Part shown: piece by piece, positions 1-12,135 of the stretch
How positions within the stretch are numbered: position 1 is the stretch's first letter
Layout: every line of letters begins with the position of its first letter
DNA from: Rebecca billardiae RCC1528
Lineage: Eukaryota > Protista > Haptophyta
DNA: 64,000 nucleotides
Assembly: GCA_965240325.2 (NCBI GenBank)
Contig: OZ251250.1
Coordinates: 372,001-436,000, forward strand
Reading direction: 5' to 3'
Translations under genes and position numbers: made by a program
The notes under the pieces: generated by a model
What the model was told of the DNA's origin: nothing
The model's database searches: none
The model's input: only the letters and a program-made list of their open reading frames with translations

Positions 1-70
1 GGCCGACAGCAGCCCACACGGCCGCGACGCGCGCCAGCGACGATCGCAGCGCGAGCGAGTGCTGCGCGCG

Positions 71-197
71 CGTCGGAAAGGTCGAGGGGCCAAAGGCACT
101 CACACGCAGACCCAGGACGATAGGCAGGGCCTTCTCGTCCTGCTGGGTCTGATGCGCGTACTGAGTGAGTGCCTTTTGCCCCTCGACCTCTCCGACG
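71..197. repeat. Long imperfect inverted repeat (foldback hairpin)
   Basis: Arm 71-103 matches the reverse complement of 165-197 at 31/33 positions; inner stem CAGACCCAGGACGA pairs with TCGTCCTGCTGGGTCTG. Confidence 0.8.
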
Positions 198-451
198 TCT
201 GCGGCGCCGCACTGACTCGCCCCGGCTGATAGTGCGAGTGGCGTAGATCGTGTATCTCCCCTACTATAATGTTCCTGAGATCGCGTCGTCGAGATTGAGG
301 TCGTCATGTCGTATAGATATCTCTATAGCTAGTATGCTGTATACGGTATGTGATGCTGCTGACAATTTTTCGCGTCGTCGTAAAACTTGTCAGCGTGACC
401 CCAGGTCCGGCATTTCAGTACATGCAGCAGGCGATCAAGTCGATGATGAAT

Positions 452-482
452 AATATATATATATAATATATATATATATATA
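452..482. repeat. Short (TA)n microsatellite
   Basis: Interrupted TA run. Confidence 0.85.
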
Positions 483-1916
483 AACTGTGCCCTGGCGGGC
501 GGGGGGGTCGGCGGGCCGTGCCAGTGCTGTCGCAATGTATCCTCTGCGGGTTCGCGTCTTTCCACATTCGCTCGTGGCCGTGGGTGACGGACAGTCGAGG
601 GCGCGGAGGACCAGTGACACCTGAAGGCTGAAGTTCTCCCACGTTGACGTGTACACGTCTGTACTTTGTGGGCATCAGCGAGGCCCACACCCACGAGGGA
701 ATGTGCAGCACGCGGGGCGGGGCGGGTAGCCCGTTGCTCCGCGCGAGCGCGGGTACGCGCTGTATGTGCCGCATCTCGACCGCGATGGCGTAATCGAGCG
801 CCTCGCCGCCGACGAAGCCGCCAGAGTAGATCGTTGCATTTCCTCCTGCCGCCAGCCGAGAGCGGTCGTCGCGAGGATGCTTGCCGATGTCCGCTCCGGG
901 CATGATGGGCTCGGCGCAGGTCGCGTTGACGTCGTACACGGCCACCACGCTGAGCACGAGCGCGTTGACGTTCACGCGGTCGTCGCTCTTCGCCTCTTCG
1001 ACAGGTCTGGCGCCCGCGCGTTCGGCGGCACGAGGAGCTGTTGGTTGTGCGCGCGCGCGCGCACAGCGACAGCGTGTGCCACTCGCGATCGAGAGTGGGC
1101 ACGAGCTGGTCACGCGGGCACACGAATCGCAGCGCATCCGTCACCGGCGTGACGACGTCCGCCTCGTCCCGCAGCGCCTGCGCCATGGACGAGGATGGCG
1201 CGTCGATGTTGCATGCTCGACGATTCATCTCTCTGCGGATGGCATCACGGGCTTGTCTGTGTCGCGCTGCGGCGAGGGTCGCCAACTCGCGAAGACGCGG
1301 TTGCTGCCACGGCGACAGACCCGGGCGGTGCGTCCGCTGCGCGTCGTACGCCGTTGGCGCTGCGCTTCCGTCGCATTGGTCACCGTCGACGCCATGCACG
1401 CCGGACGTGGGCTTCGGCAGACTCGGGCTGAGGGACCGCGAGCGACAGTCCGGTGCGCGGATTCCGGCGATCGAGTTCAGAAGGCGCGCCAAATCTTGCG
1501 TCGCGTGCGATGGCGCTTCCCGCCCGCGAGACACCTCGTGATGAGGGCCTTTCCGCACCGAGCCCGACGCGCGGCGGTGGATCGCGCGAGGTGGTTGTCG
1601 TGCGCAGCGCTTGCTACTATGGCCCGTGCGAGCGCTCGACGTGCAAGTCGGGCGAGGACCGCCCCAGGTCGCACGATCATGTCGACGCTGCGCCAAGCGT
1701 ACTCCTCCAATAACGAGTCGACTTTGGCCCTCGTTCGACCTGCACGCGAGACGACGAGGGCAGCAATCGCGAATCGGGCGAAAACACGTCTCGGGAGTCC
1801 TCGCACGATGTCCGCGCTGGCGTTGGATTTGGCGCGCGCCGCCCACGCGCTCCGCGCCATCGGGCAGATGTATTCGGCCGAGCGTCCCCAGTGGGAGCTG
1901 CGAGGGCGCCCGGTAG

Positions 1917-2644
1917 CTTGCAAACCAAGCCCCCCAAAACCCCTCGCGCGGCGAAAGGCACCGTCCCTTAGGAGTCGATGCCTTCCGGGAGCTCTTTGAA
2001 TACGCGTTGCGCGTGCGCGGGCACTCCCGGACAGCCGCCGCCAAGAAGGCCAGCTGCGCGCGCCCTCCTCGTCCTCCCCCGCGGCGCGTGCGCGTCGAGG
2101 CGCATGACGGGCTTTGCCGTGCACGTCGTGCCCGTGCTCGCGGCTCATGCACGTCTCACGACTGAGATACATGTCTTGCGCGCCCTCCTTTGGCTCGCAC
2201 TGCGGTCTCCTCGTCGACAGCCTTGTGATCACGCGCGCCGCCATTTCAACCGGTTGCTGGCCTGCCAGCTTTCGAGCGTGCGTGTGCGGTCTGATCGATG
2301 TCGGCATGGCTGCCGGCGAAGCAGTGATGTTGAGTACACCCATACCCATCTCGCAGAAGCGAAAAAGCTGACCTTTGAATGCCCCAGGGGCGCACGCGTG
2401 CCCATCACGCTCGTCGGACAGGCCTTCTCCAGAACTGCGCTTGCCATCCGGCAGGTCTCTGCGCGCGGAGAGGGCGGCGAGGGCGTCGACGAGGCGGCAC
2501 GATTGCTGCCTACGGGTCTTCTGGCCCCCACAAAGTGCCCGCGCACGGCTGTCACGCCCGCATGCGGCCTTGGGAGCGCTGCGCAGGCGGGCCCTCGCGT
2601 CGCCCAGTGCTCGCCATCCCGTTTTGGGGGGCTTGGTTTGCAAG
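1917..2644. mobile_element. Non-autonomous TIR DNA transposon (MITE-like), about 728 bp
   Basis: Perfect 24-bp terminal inverted repeats CTTGCAAACCAAGCCCCCCAAAAC (1917-1940) and its reverse complement (2621-2644), flanked by direct repeat CCGGTAG (1910-1916 and 2645-2651). No transposase recognised. Confidence 0.8.
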
Positions 2645-2947
2645 CCGGTAGTGAGCGAAGCGATTTTCTTTTCTTGGCGAGGCGATTTTATATTTAAGGG
2701 GCGGACCTACGGCCCGCCATTTCTTCTTTTCGCGTCTTTTTCTTATCTTTTTCCCGGGCACTACAAGGGCGGGCGGACCTACGGCCCGCCATATACGTAC
2801 GACATGATGATTCTGACTCGGGAGGCGTGATGACGAGAGTACGACGTTGCCGTCGGGCTAGATGAGGCGGCAGAGGGCTGAGGGGTGCTGACGAGGGTGT
2901 CCCAGCGCAGGGCGTGCGACCAGCTCCGGGAGTTCGGATTCCGGTGC

Positions 2948-5900
2948 TCAGTCGCCCTTTTGCGGAATGCTGACGAGCAGGTCTGCGTAGCGCAGCCCGC
3001 GGTTGAAGGCTGCGTTGAACAGCGTGCGCACCTGTTGGGTGACGGGCGGACGAGGGCAGCGACGCGGGGCGGGGCATGGCCGCGCGCGTGTGTGGTCAGT
3101 CAGGCGGGCGGCGCGTGGCGCGGTGAGAGGGCGCCGCTGCGCCGCCGCGGAGGGCGCGCCACGTGCGCGCCGTGCGCGCGCGCGCGCCTGCAGCTGGTCA
3201 AAGATGCCGGGCAGCGAGAGGGCGAACAGCAGCGCGAGCAGCAGCAGGCCGCAGAGCAGGTCGTACGCCTGGCACAGCCTGGCCACCACCTGCAGCTGCA
3301 GGCCCGCGGCGAACGCGATCTGGCAGCAGGAGGCGAGCAGGTAGCAGCCCGCAATCACAGAGAGCGCGATCTCGCCCACGTCCGTCCAGCCTGCGAGGGA
3401 CCCACGCGCGCGCGCCGGGCCGCGGGGCACGTCGGGTGAGGCCGGCCGCGGACGCGTCGGCGCGGCTGGGCGCAAGGGGGCGCGGCGGGGCGCGTGGCGC
3501 GACGGGTGCGCTGCGTCCCGCAGCGCAGCGCAGCGCAACGCAGCGCAGCGCAACGCACCCTTCACGAGCGGCACGACGACGATGCACACGCACACGGCCG
3601 CGGAGAGCAGCGAGTACAGGCGGCGGCAGATCGGCGCGTCCAAGTCGGAGCGCTCCACGAGCCTGGGCGCGGGGCAGGCGGCGCGCGCGGGCGTGCCGCG
3701 CGTGAGAGGCGCGCGCGCGCGCGCGGCGCGGTGAGGCGCGACGCGCGGCCCGCGGCGCGTGCGCGCGTGTGCGCGTGCGCGCGTGCGCGCACATCTCGCC
3801 GCCGCCTGCGAGCAGCACGGGCAGGACGAGCGTGGCCAGCACGACCATCACGCGCGCCAGCGCCTCGAGGTAGGGCGCGTCGAGCGGCGAGGCGGACGAG
3901 TTGGCGCGCGCGGCGACGTTGATCAGGCCGCAGAAGGTGACGAGGTAGCTGCAGCACACCGCGGGCGCGGGCGGCGGCGCCAAGTCAGCGGGCGTGCGGC
4001 ACGACGGCGCGCGCGCGCGGCGCGTCAAGACGCGGCGCCGTGCGCGGAGGCGCGCGGGCCCGCCTCTCGCTCGCGCGCGCGCGCGCGCGCGTACCGCACG
4101 CCCGGCGTGAGCACGTGCACCATCTTGAGCGAGGAGCGCGTGGAGTAGATGTGCGAGGCCTCCTCGTGGTGCCACGCCGTCCACGACTTGTCGGGCGCGG
4201 AGCCCTCGCGCAGCATCCAGCGCCACCACTCGCTCAGGTCGTCCTCGAGCTTGCGCCAGTCGAGCGCGACGGGGTTGAACCAGAAGGGCGCGAAGAGCCA
4301 CGAGATCACGATCGCCCACGACGACCAGACCGAGCGCCAGTAGTGTCCGACCGCGTGCGCGCCGTGGCCGTGCCAGCCGCCGAGCACGAGCCAGAGCACG
4401 AGCACGGCGAGCAGCTCGAACCCGGGGTAGAAGTGCGAGCCGGCGAAGAAGCGGTAGATCTCGGCGAAGTTCTCGTGCCGCATGACGAAGCCGCGGCCGG
4501 TCGGGCGGTAGCGCGCGCCGCCGAACTTGAGCGTGTTCGACACGTAGTGCGCCTTGGTGCCCATGTGGAACATGAAGAAGAGCGGAGAGCCGCACGCGAC
4601 CGTGCGCACAATCTCGTAGCACGCGAAGAGCACGCCGTGCTCGACGGCGAGGAAGCACGCGGTGGGGATGATGAGGAGCAGGCCGAGCTGCAGCACCCAC
4701 TCGAGCGAGAGGATGTCCGCGTACGGCAGCTTCTCGCTCTCCACGGGGTACAGGCACGTCCACAGCTGCAGGTAGAGGAAGACGTAGATGCACACGACCG
4801 TGAGCGCCACGTTGAGGTAGAACCCCGGCCCCGAGTAGTAGAAGGAGAGCAGCCGGAAGAAGTCGAGCCGCGCGCCCAGCCGGCCGACGTCGCGCGAGAT
4901 CATCTGCTCGCCGTTGCCCTGCGAGAGCTTCGCCTCGAACTTGTAGATCTGGTGCATCCCCACGTCGCGCCCTTTGCCCACCTGCGCGTACTCGGCGTAT
5001 GCGATCCGGCCGCCGCGCAGCGTGTGCGAGAAGCCGGCAAAGATGTCCTCGGAGAGGTTGATGCCCTTGGACGCCTTCGAGACGCCGCCGCGCGTCATGG
5101 AGAAGAGCTTGTCGAAGAGGTCGGGGTGGCCGTAGTGCAGCCGCATGCGCAGCGGCGAGTAGAGCACGCGCTGCGAGAGCGTGACGAAGCAGCCCTCCTG
5201 CAGCCCCATGAACGTGGCGAGGGACGTGAGGCCCGCGGTGAAGATGTGCTCGCGGAAGCCGACGATCGTGCACGGCCGCACCTCGTCCGAGTTGGCGCCA
5301 AACTCCATGAGCAGGTTGCGCATCTTGAGGCACTCCTCGAAGTAGCCCGCCTGGTTCATGTCGAGCGTCTGCACCGCCTCGCCCCGCGCGAAGATCATCG
5401 CGTGGTTCTGGTTCTCGGGCTTGCCCTCGCCGAGGATCGGGTCGCCCGGCAGCTGCACGCGGTAGATCTCGACGACCGCGCCCGTCTTGGGCTCGCAGCG
5501 CACGAGCACCGAGTACCAGCGGATGGTCTCGGTGAGCGAGGCGAGGCCGTCGCCGCCGACCACGGTGGACATGGTCGACGTCTTGTCCACGTACGCCACG
5601 CGCAGGTTGGGGTAGCGCCGCATCAGAAACTCCGTGTCCGTCGCCTTGTCCGACTTCTGCCGGCGCATCTGGCCGTAGATCTGGCACGAGACGACGACCG
5701 AGAACTTCTGCCGCACGAGGTCCTCGACCTCGGCGGGCGGCGTGCCGTCCCACGCGGCCTGCAGCCGGAGCGCGCGCTCGCACAGCATCTCGCCGTCCAC
5801 CGTGCGCACGAGCGTCTGCCCGCGGAACGACGCCCACAGCCGCAGCTCGAGGCCGAGCCCCTTCTTGCGCACCTCGGCCTCGTCGCGGCAGCGCACGCGC

Positions 5901-7119
5901 TCGAGGAAGTTGTGCCACTCGCTCGGGTGCGCCTTCTGCAGGAAGAAGAGCACGCTCACCGCGTCCTCGTTGGTCTGCTTGAGCTCCTTCTCCGAGTAGA
6001 TCAGGTCCTCCGAGTAGTAGGGCGTCATGATCGTCCACGACGGCATGCGCGCGACGGGCGGCGCGTCCGGCTTGGCCATGAAGAGCGAGTTGGTGAACCA
6101 CGTCAGCCGGCGCGTCGCCTCCTTGCCGCGCGGCTGCGCGTCGAGCTCGGCGGTGGTGAGCAGGAGCACGAGGCCGCGCAGCCGCTTCTCGTTGCCGCCG
6201 TGCTCGTCCTTGAAGCCGTCCAGCTGCGCGAGCGCGTACGGCTCGTCCCAGAAGAAGCCGTCCTTGGTGAACTTGAGGTGGTCGAGCTCGGCGGCGATGT
6301 GCTCGGCCGTGCGCGAGAGGCAGCGCTTGAGCGCGTCGATCAGCGCGCGCACCTTGTCCACGACCTTGCCCACGTCCGCGCCGTGCGCGGGCGGCGCGGG
6401 CAGCGCGCCCGACGACGAGCCCGACGCGCCGCCGCCCGCCGGCGCCGCCATTGACGCGGCGGCCGAGCCGGCGGCGGCGGGCTTGGCCGGCGCGGCGGCG
6501 CCGCCGCCGCCGCCCGCGCCGCCGCCGGCCGCCGGCGGCGGCGCGGCGGCGGGCTGGTGCGCGAGCAGCGCGGCGCAGAGCTCGCACAGCGCCTTGTACA
6601 TGGCGGGCAGCCGCTGCGGCACGAGCAGGTCGATCCGCCGCCACCCCTTGGTCGCGTCGGCGATCAGCCCCTCGAGGCGCAGCATGGACGGCACGTGGCG
6701 CGCGCCGAGCGTGTGCCCGAGCGCCCACACGCCCAGCTCCCACGCCTCGCTCACGGCCTCGGCCATGTGCACGTCGCGCGCGAGCGCCGCGCTCAGCCGG
6801 CGCTCGCACTCGATGCGCCGGCGCTCCGAGTACGCGCCCGCCGTGCCGCCGCCGCGCCCGCCCAGGTCGGCGCGCAGCGAGACCAGCAGGTCGGTCGCGG
6901 CGTTCACGCGGCCGGCGGTGCAGAGCACCGGCAGGTAGCACGCGCGCGAGAAGCGCCCGCCCGTGCCCGTCGTGCGCCAGTGGCGGAAGGCGAGGCAGTC
7001 GCGCTCGCGGTTGCAGATGAGGTCGCCCATGCGCAGCGCGCGGATGATCTCGTCCCACGCCTCCGCAAAGTAGACCATGCGCTCCGAGCGCGCCGCGCCG
7101 GCGACGCCCGCCGCGCTCG

Positions 7120-7150
<31 letters not shown>

Positions 7151-10100
7151 CTCGGTCGCGTATGCGCCGTTCGGCCCCTGCTCGGCGAGCAGCGCCTGCT
7201 TGAGCTCGACGGCCTGCGCGGCCGGCGCGCCGCGCGCCACCGAGCCGACCGCCGAGCTGACGCCCTTCATCGTCGAGTAGAGCAGGCCGCCGTCGGCGCC
7301 GGCGGCGTCGGCGGCCGGCTCGGCGCCGCCGCCGCCGCCCGACTCGCCGCCCGCCGCCGCGTGCGCGAGCCGCTGGCGCGTCGGCTCGGAGAGCATGCCC
7401 TGGTTGAACGCCTCGCACGCCGAGATGAAGCGGCGGCGGATGCCCGCGATGTCGCGCACCTGCGCGACAGGCGCGGCCGGGCGGGTCGGCGCGGGTCGGG
7501 CGCGCGCGCGCGCGTCAGCTCGGGCGCGCGCGGGCGCGCGCGGCGCGCGCGAGAGAGCCGTCGCGCGCGCGCGGCCCCGCCGCCGCGCCGCCGCCCGCCG
7601 CGCCCTCCCCGCCCGCCCGCCGGCGCGTGCCCCGCTCAGGCGTGTGTGTCAGCGCGTGCTCAGCATGCCGCTTGGCGGGTGTCCCGCCCTCTGAGAGTCT
7701 AGTCCGATCGCTGCTCCCTCACCGCGGGGCACGCGCCGCCCCGAAGCGCGCGCGCGGCCGCGTCGCGCGCGCGCGCGCCGCGCGCACCTCGCCAATCTTG
7801 AGCTGCCAGCCGACGACCGTGCCGTAGAGCGCGGAGAGCAGCACGTACCAGATCTGCACGTCGAGGTGGTACGTGATCAGCATCGGCGTCCACTTCACGG
7901 CGACCAGCGCGAGCGCCACGTCCTCGCCGAGCGCGGCGCGGCGCCGCCACAGGTCGAGCGTGGGCGCGACGAGCGGGCCGATCTGCAGCGTGTACGAGAA
8001 CCAGAGCTTGAAGTAGATGAGCACGATCCAGAAGAAGGCGTAGCGCAGCGTGGGCGCGCACCCCTCGTGCATGTCCTTCCCCACGAAGAGGCGCTGCTCG
8101 GGGTACCACAGCTCCATCAGCAGCCGCACCGGCCCCGCGTGCCGCGTGCGCAGCCACGTGGACAGGCCGGGCAGCAGCGGCATGGCGAGCGAGCAGAGGA
8201 TGGGCAGCGTGTACGCGGCGCACCCCGCGCCGAGCGCGGGGTGCGCCTGCCACACCGCCGCCGCCCACGCGCCCGCCGACGCGCCGGGCGCCAGGTGCTC
8301 GCCCTCCCACTCGAGGCCGCGGTAGCCGACGCACAGCAGCGCGGCGATGGCGCCCTTCACGCCCACGCGCACGGCGCACGCGGCAACCTCCGCGCGCCGC
8401 TCGCGGAAGACGCCCCACAGGATGTACACCTCGAAGAGCTCGCCGAGCAGCGCGTACGCCGCGTGCGCGGGCCACACGTGCAGCAGCGCCTGGCACAGCC
8501 AGCCGTCGAGCAGCATGCCGTGCGACCCCGCCGCGAGCGCGGCCGCGACCATCGCGTGGATGATGAGCTGGAAGAAGGCGTGCACGCGCCAGAAGGACTT
8601 GATCGGGTGCAGCCACGAGCGGCGCTCGATGTACGTCTTGGCGAACTTGGCGTCGCCGATGGGCGGCCGCCCGCGCGCGCCGCCCGCGTACCCGCCGCCC
8701 GCGAGCGCCGCCGCCGCCGCGCCGCCGCCGCCGCCCGCGCCGCCGCCCGCGCGCGCCTTTGCGTCGGCGAGCGCCGCCGACGTCGCGGCGGGCGCGCTGC
8801 CCGCCGCGCCGCCGTCGGCGCCGGCGCGGTCGGCGGAGGGGCGGCGCGCGACGAGCGCCGCGCCGACCGGCCCCGCGCCCGCCTCCGCCCCCGGCGGCGC
8901 CGGCCGCCCGCCCTCCGCCCTGAAGTTGCCCAGGTCGGCGCCGCCCATCTCGTCGTCCTCCTGCCCGCCGTCGTGGTAGCAGTGCTTGAGGCACTCTGCG
9001 CTCCAGAAGAACTCGTTGGCGTCGTCGTAGTTGGCGCGCGAGGTGTGCGACTCGAAGTCGCCGGAGGACTTCTTGGTGTGCATGCACTTGCGCACGGCGC
9101 GGTACAGCGGCGCCACCACGCGCGAGAGGAACCACCCCGGCGCGCGCGCGAGCGGCCGCGCGCCGGTCGCGGCGGCCGCGCGCAGCTCGAGCCGCATCGC
9201 GTGGAAGAGGAAGCAGAGGCACTCGGGCATGTGCCGCAGGTTGGACGCCTCGCCCCACAGCAGCAGGTAGAGCACGATGTCCGTCATCTTCGAGTTGGGC
9301 ACGTCCGCCGGCCGCGCGCACGCCGGCTGCACGCGCAGCGCCTCCGCCCACTGCCGGTACGACGAGAGCAGCTTGGCGTGCACGACGGAGAGTGCGCGCG
9401 CGCCGCCCGCCGGGCCGGGCGCGTGCGACGCCGTGTTGGCGAGCAGCAGCATCAGGTGCTCCTGCTGGCAGCGCACCGACTCGTGCTGGAAGCCGAAGCG
9501 GCGCGCCAGCACCGCGAACGTGTCGCCGAACGACGCCGCCGCCTCGCGCAGCAGCGGCGGCAGCGTCTCCGGCTGCTCCACCGCGAAGTAGTTCTTGGTC
9601 GCGCGGCGCGCGTGCGGCCGCGCGGCGACGGCCGCGGGCGAGGGTGGCTCGCCGGTGGGCGGCAGGTCGTCGTCGAGCACGTCGAGCCCGCCCGGCTGGC
9701 TCAGCTGCAGCCGCAGCTGCGAGTCCGTCTGCAGCCGGTTGTTCGTCCGCGTGATGAAGCGGATCCGCTCCTCGCACATGTCCAGCGTGCGCTGGTACCG
9801 GTCCGCAGACTCGTCGTTGCGCTCGAGCTCGAGCGCCTCGGAGACGAGGTCGGAGCCGCGCTGGTAGTACTCCACCGCCTGCATGGGCGAGCTCACGTCC
9901 TGCGCGAGGCGCGGGCGGGCGGGCGGGCGGGCGGGAGGCGGGGGGCGGGACGGCGCGCCGGGCCGCGGGCGTCAGCCAAACCGCGCGGCCGCGCGGCCGC
10001 GCGCACGCACGCGCCTTGCGCACGCGCCCGCCCAGCAGGCAGCGCACAGCGCATCGATCGCCGCCGCCGCCGCCGCAGCGCGCCGCAGCGCGCCGATGCA

Positions 10101-10363
10101 GCGGCGGGGCTCTGCACGGCGGACGGGACGTGGTGCGCACGCACCAGCTTGAGACCCGCGTTGATCAGCTCCATCGCCTGCGCGTACAGCGTGAGCGCGC
10201 GCTCGTCTGACGAGCCGCCCACATCCGAGCCGGTGCGCGAGCGCGGCCGCTCCGCCTCATAGCCCGTGGCGAGCGCGGCGAGGTCGGTGTACGACTTGTT
10301 CTTGGCCCACGCGTCCGAGTTGAGCTGAGCAAGGTCGTTCGCCGACGCCATCCGCTGCATCAT
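2948..10363 (-). CDS. 1,3-beta-glucan (callose) synthase, GT48 family, with N-terminal MIT-like domain; 7 exons (10363-10145, 9899-7788, 7459-4095, 3948-3793, 3662-3559, 3390-3188, 3031-2948)
   Basis: FKS1/GSL motifs LYLLLWGEASNLRHMPEC, MTPYYSE, LRLWASFRGQTL, GEGKPENQNHA, RMRLHYGHPD, SKASKGINLSEDIFAG, QVGKGRDVG, and C-terminal LFNAAFNRGL. Splice junctions restore frame; the last intron is GC-AG. Confidence 0.95.
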
Positions 10364-11012
10364 CCCCACCCGCTCTGCGCGTGCGCACCGCGCGCGCGTT
10401 GGCCACAGACCCGTCAGCCATGATGACGCGCGGCATCCGCGCGCGCGCCGCACCGGGCCACGCGCTGCGCGGGCGTGCGCAGCCGAGCGCGCGCGCGAGC
10501 AAGAGGAGACTCCAGCGCCATGCGCCCACGCCAAGCCCGCGCACACCCCGCGCCGCGCGCGCGCGCACCGCCGCCACCGCCGCTCGACGTCGTCCGACGC
10601 ATCACGGTCGACAGGGGTCGCGGCCCGGTCTGAGCTGGCTCGGTCCCTGATTGCCGGCCTTGCGGGCCGGAGATGATTCAGATGCGCCCGTCCGGGGCGT
10701 GCAAACCCTGGTCCGGAGTCACGGCCGGGCGTGAGAACTGAGAAGTGCATCAGTGGTGGAAGCATCTGAAGCTTGAAAGATGATATGATTGATGACTTGT
10801 GAGTACTGTTTTTGAGTGGATTTGCTGTTTCGATTCTGAAACATTCCGCGGGAGATGCAACCTCGCCCGGAGCGCGGCGCGGCGGAAGTCGTTGGCGAAA
10901 CGTGCGTGCGCGGAAAGCTCAAAATTGATGACGTACAATCCTTGAAAAGGCCACGGCTCCCGGCCGCCATTTTTAGCTAGCTTTTTAACCCACGCCCGCC
11001 CGTCCCTGAAAG

Positions 11013-11813
11013 ATGGCGGCGCGCGCGCTCGAGGTGATCGACCTCATCTCGCCGCCGCCGGCGGTGGGTTCGACCAGGCGGCGGCCGCTCGACGAGGAGA
11101 GCGATGCTTGCGCATTCGTGGGCTCGGCAGCGCCGCCCTTGCGCGTGCGCGCCCGCCGCACGGCGACCCCGCCCGCGGCCGCTCGGACGCGCGACGAGGA
11201 CGTGCCTTCGCCGCTCGCTGCGACGCACGCGCGCGCGGCATCGGCTCGCCGCGCGTGCCAGCTGCTCGAGCCGCACGCACTCCGTGAGGCGTGCATGCAG
11301 CTCGGTATCAAGCCGGATCCGAGCGTCAGCCTCATGGCCGCGCGCGTCGAGGCGGCGCTCGACTCGCACGAGTCGGCGCTGGAGGTCGCGTGCGCCGCGC
11401 TCAGCGACGTTGACGTCGATGATGCCAACAGCCGGAGAGACGCCGCGCAGGCCGCGACGGGGCCCGCGCTGGCCGCGGCGCGTGCTCCCGTGGCCCGTGC
11501 CACGGCAGCACCGCGCGCCGCGCCGCTCCCGGTGGTCGCCGCCGCCGAGCTGCGCGGCTGCATCGTGCGCTGGCTGCGGCGCGACGCGTCGGTGCACGAG
11601 CAGCTGCTGCTGCTGCGCACGCTCGAGCTGGGGCAGCTCAAGGCGGCGCTGCAGCGCGGCGCCGAGGAGGACGGCGTGCGTGCGAAGTACTCAGAGCGCG
11701 TCCTGTGCGCCGCGCTCGACGAGCTCGGCGTGTCGTACTGCGACCACAGCAGCGCGCGCGGGACGGCAGCCAAGGCGAGGCGAGGCGGCGGCCGCCGCCG
11801 GCGCGCGACATAG
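11013..11813 (+). CDS. SLX4-like structure-specific nuclease scaffold (SAP-like region plus C-terminal SLX1-binding-like domain)
   Basis: N-terminal SIM-like EVIDLIS; SAP-like LREACMQLGIKP; C-terminal VHEQLLLLRTLELGQLKAAL...LCAALDELGVSYC resembles the SLX4 conserved C-terminal domain. Confidence 0.55.
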   Translation: MAARALEVIDLISPPPAVGSTRRRPLDEESDACAFVGSAAPPLRVRARRTATPPAAARTRDEDVPSPLAATHARAASARRACQLLEPHALREACMQLGIKPDPSVSLMAARVEAALDSHESALEVACAALSDVDVDDANSRRDAAQAATGPALAAARAPVARATAAPRAAPLPVVAAAELRGCIVRWLRRDASVHEQLLLLRTLELGQLKAALQRGAEEDGVRAKYSERVLCAALDELGVSYCDHSSARGTAAKARRGGGRRRRAT

Positions 11814-12135
11814 CCCCGACGCGCTTCAATGCACGGCGCTGCGACGCCCGTGCCGGCTCCAAGACGAGCCGCCGCCAGCTGCGCTCTGCGATCGATGCTA
11901 CAGATGAGGTTGCTCGCCATGTATGGCCCCGCACCGTTCTGGTGTCAGCTCGATGCGCCAGATCGGATAATTACGTGTCTGCGCAGTAGCCGTATCAGAC
12001 TCGTACTCGTAACGACTAACGGTAACCTAGTGTGCTGTCGACTACGCACTGCCTCAGTACTATCATACAGTAAATGGAAAATGCGCGGGCGGGGCGCGGC
12101 GTTTCATCGCGACGACACGCTCGGATTTTGGAACG

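Noticed and set aside
329-1900. Minus-strand ORF fragments with protein-like stretches
   Set aside because: No recognisable family and no consistent frame; possibly a decayed gene or TE but unsupported.
3198-7418. 1406-aa Arg/Ala-rich ORF and many other long overlapping ORFs (e.g. 47909-52411, 51579-53885, 7866-10262)
   Set aside because: Alternative-frame or antisense shadows of real genes, caused by very high GC and scarce stop codons.
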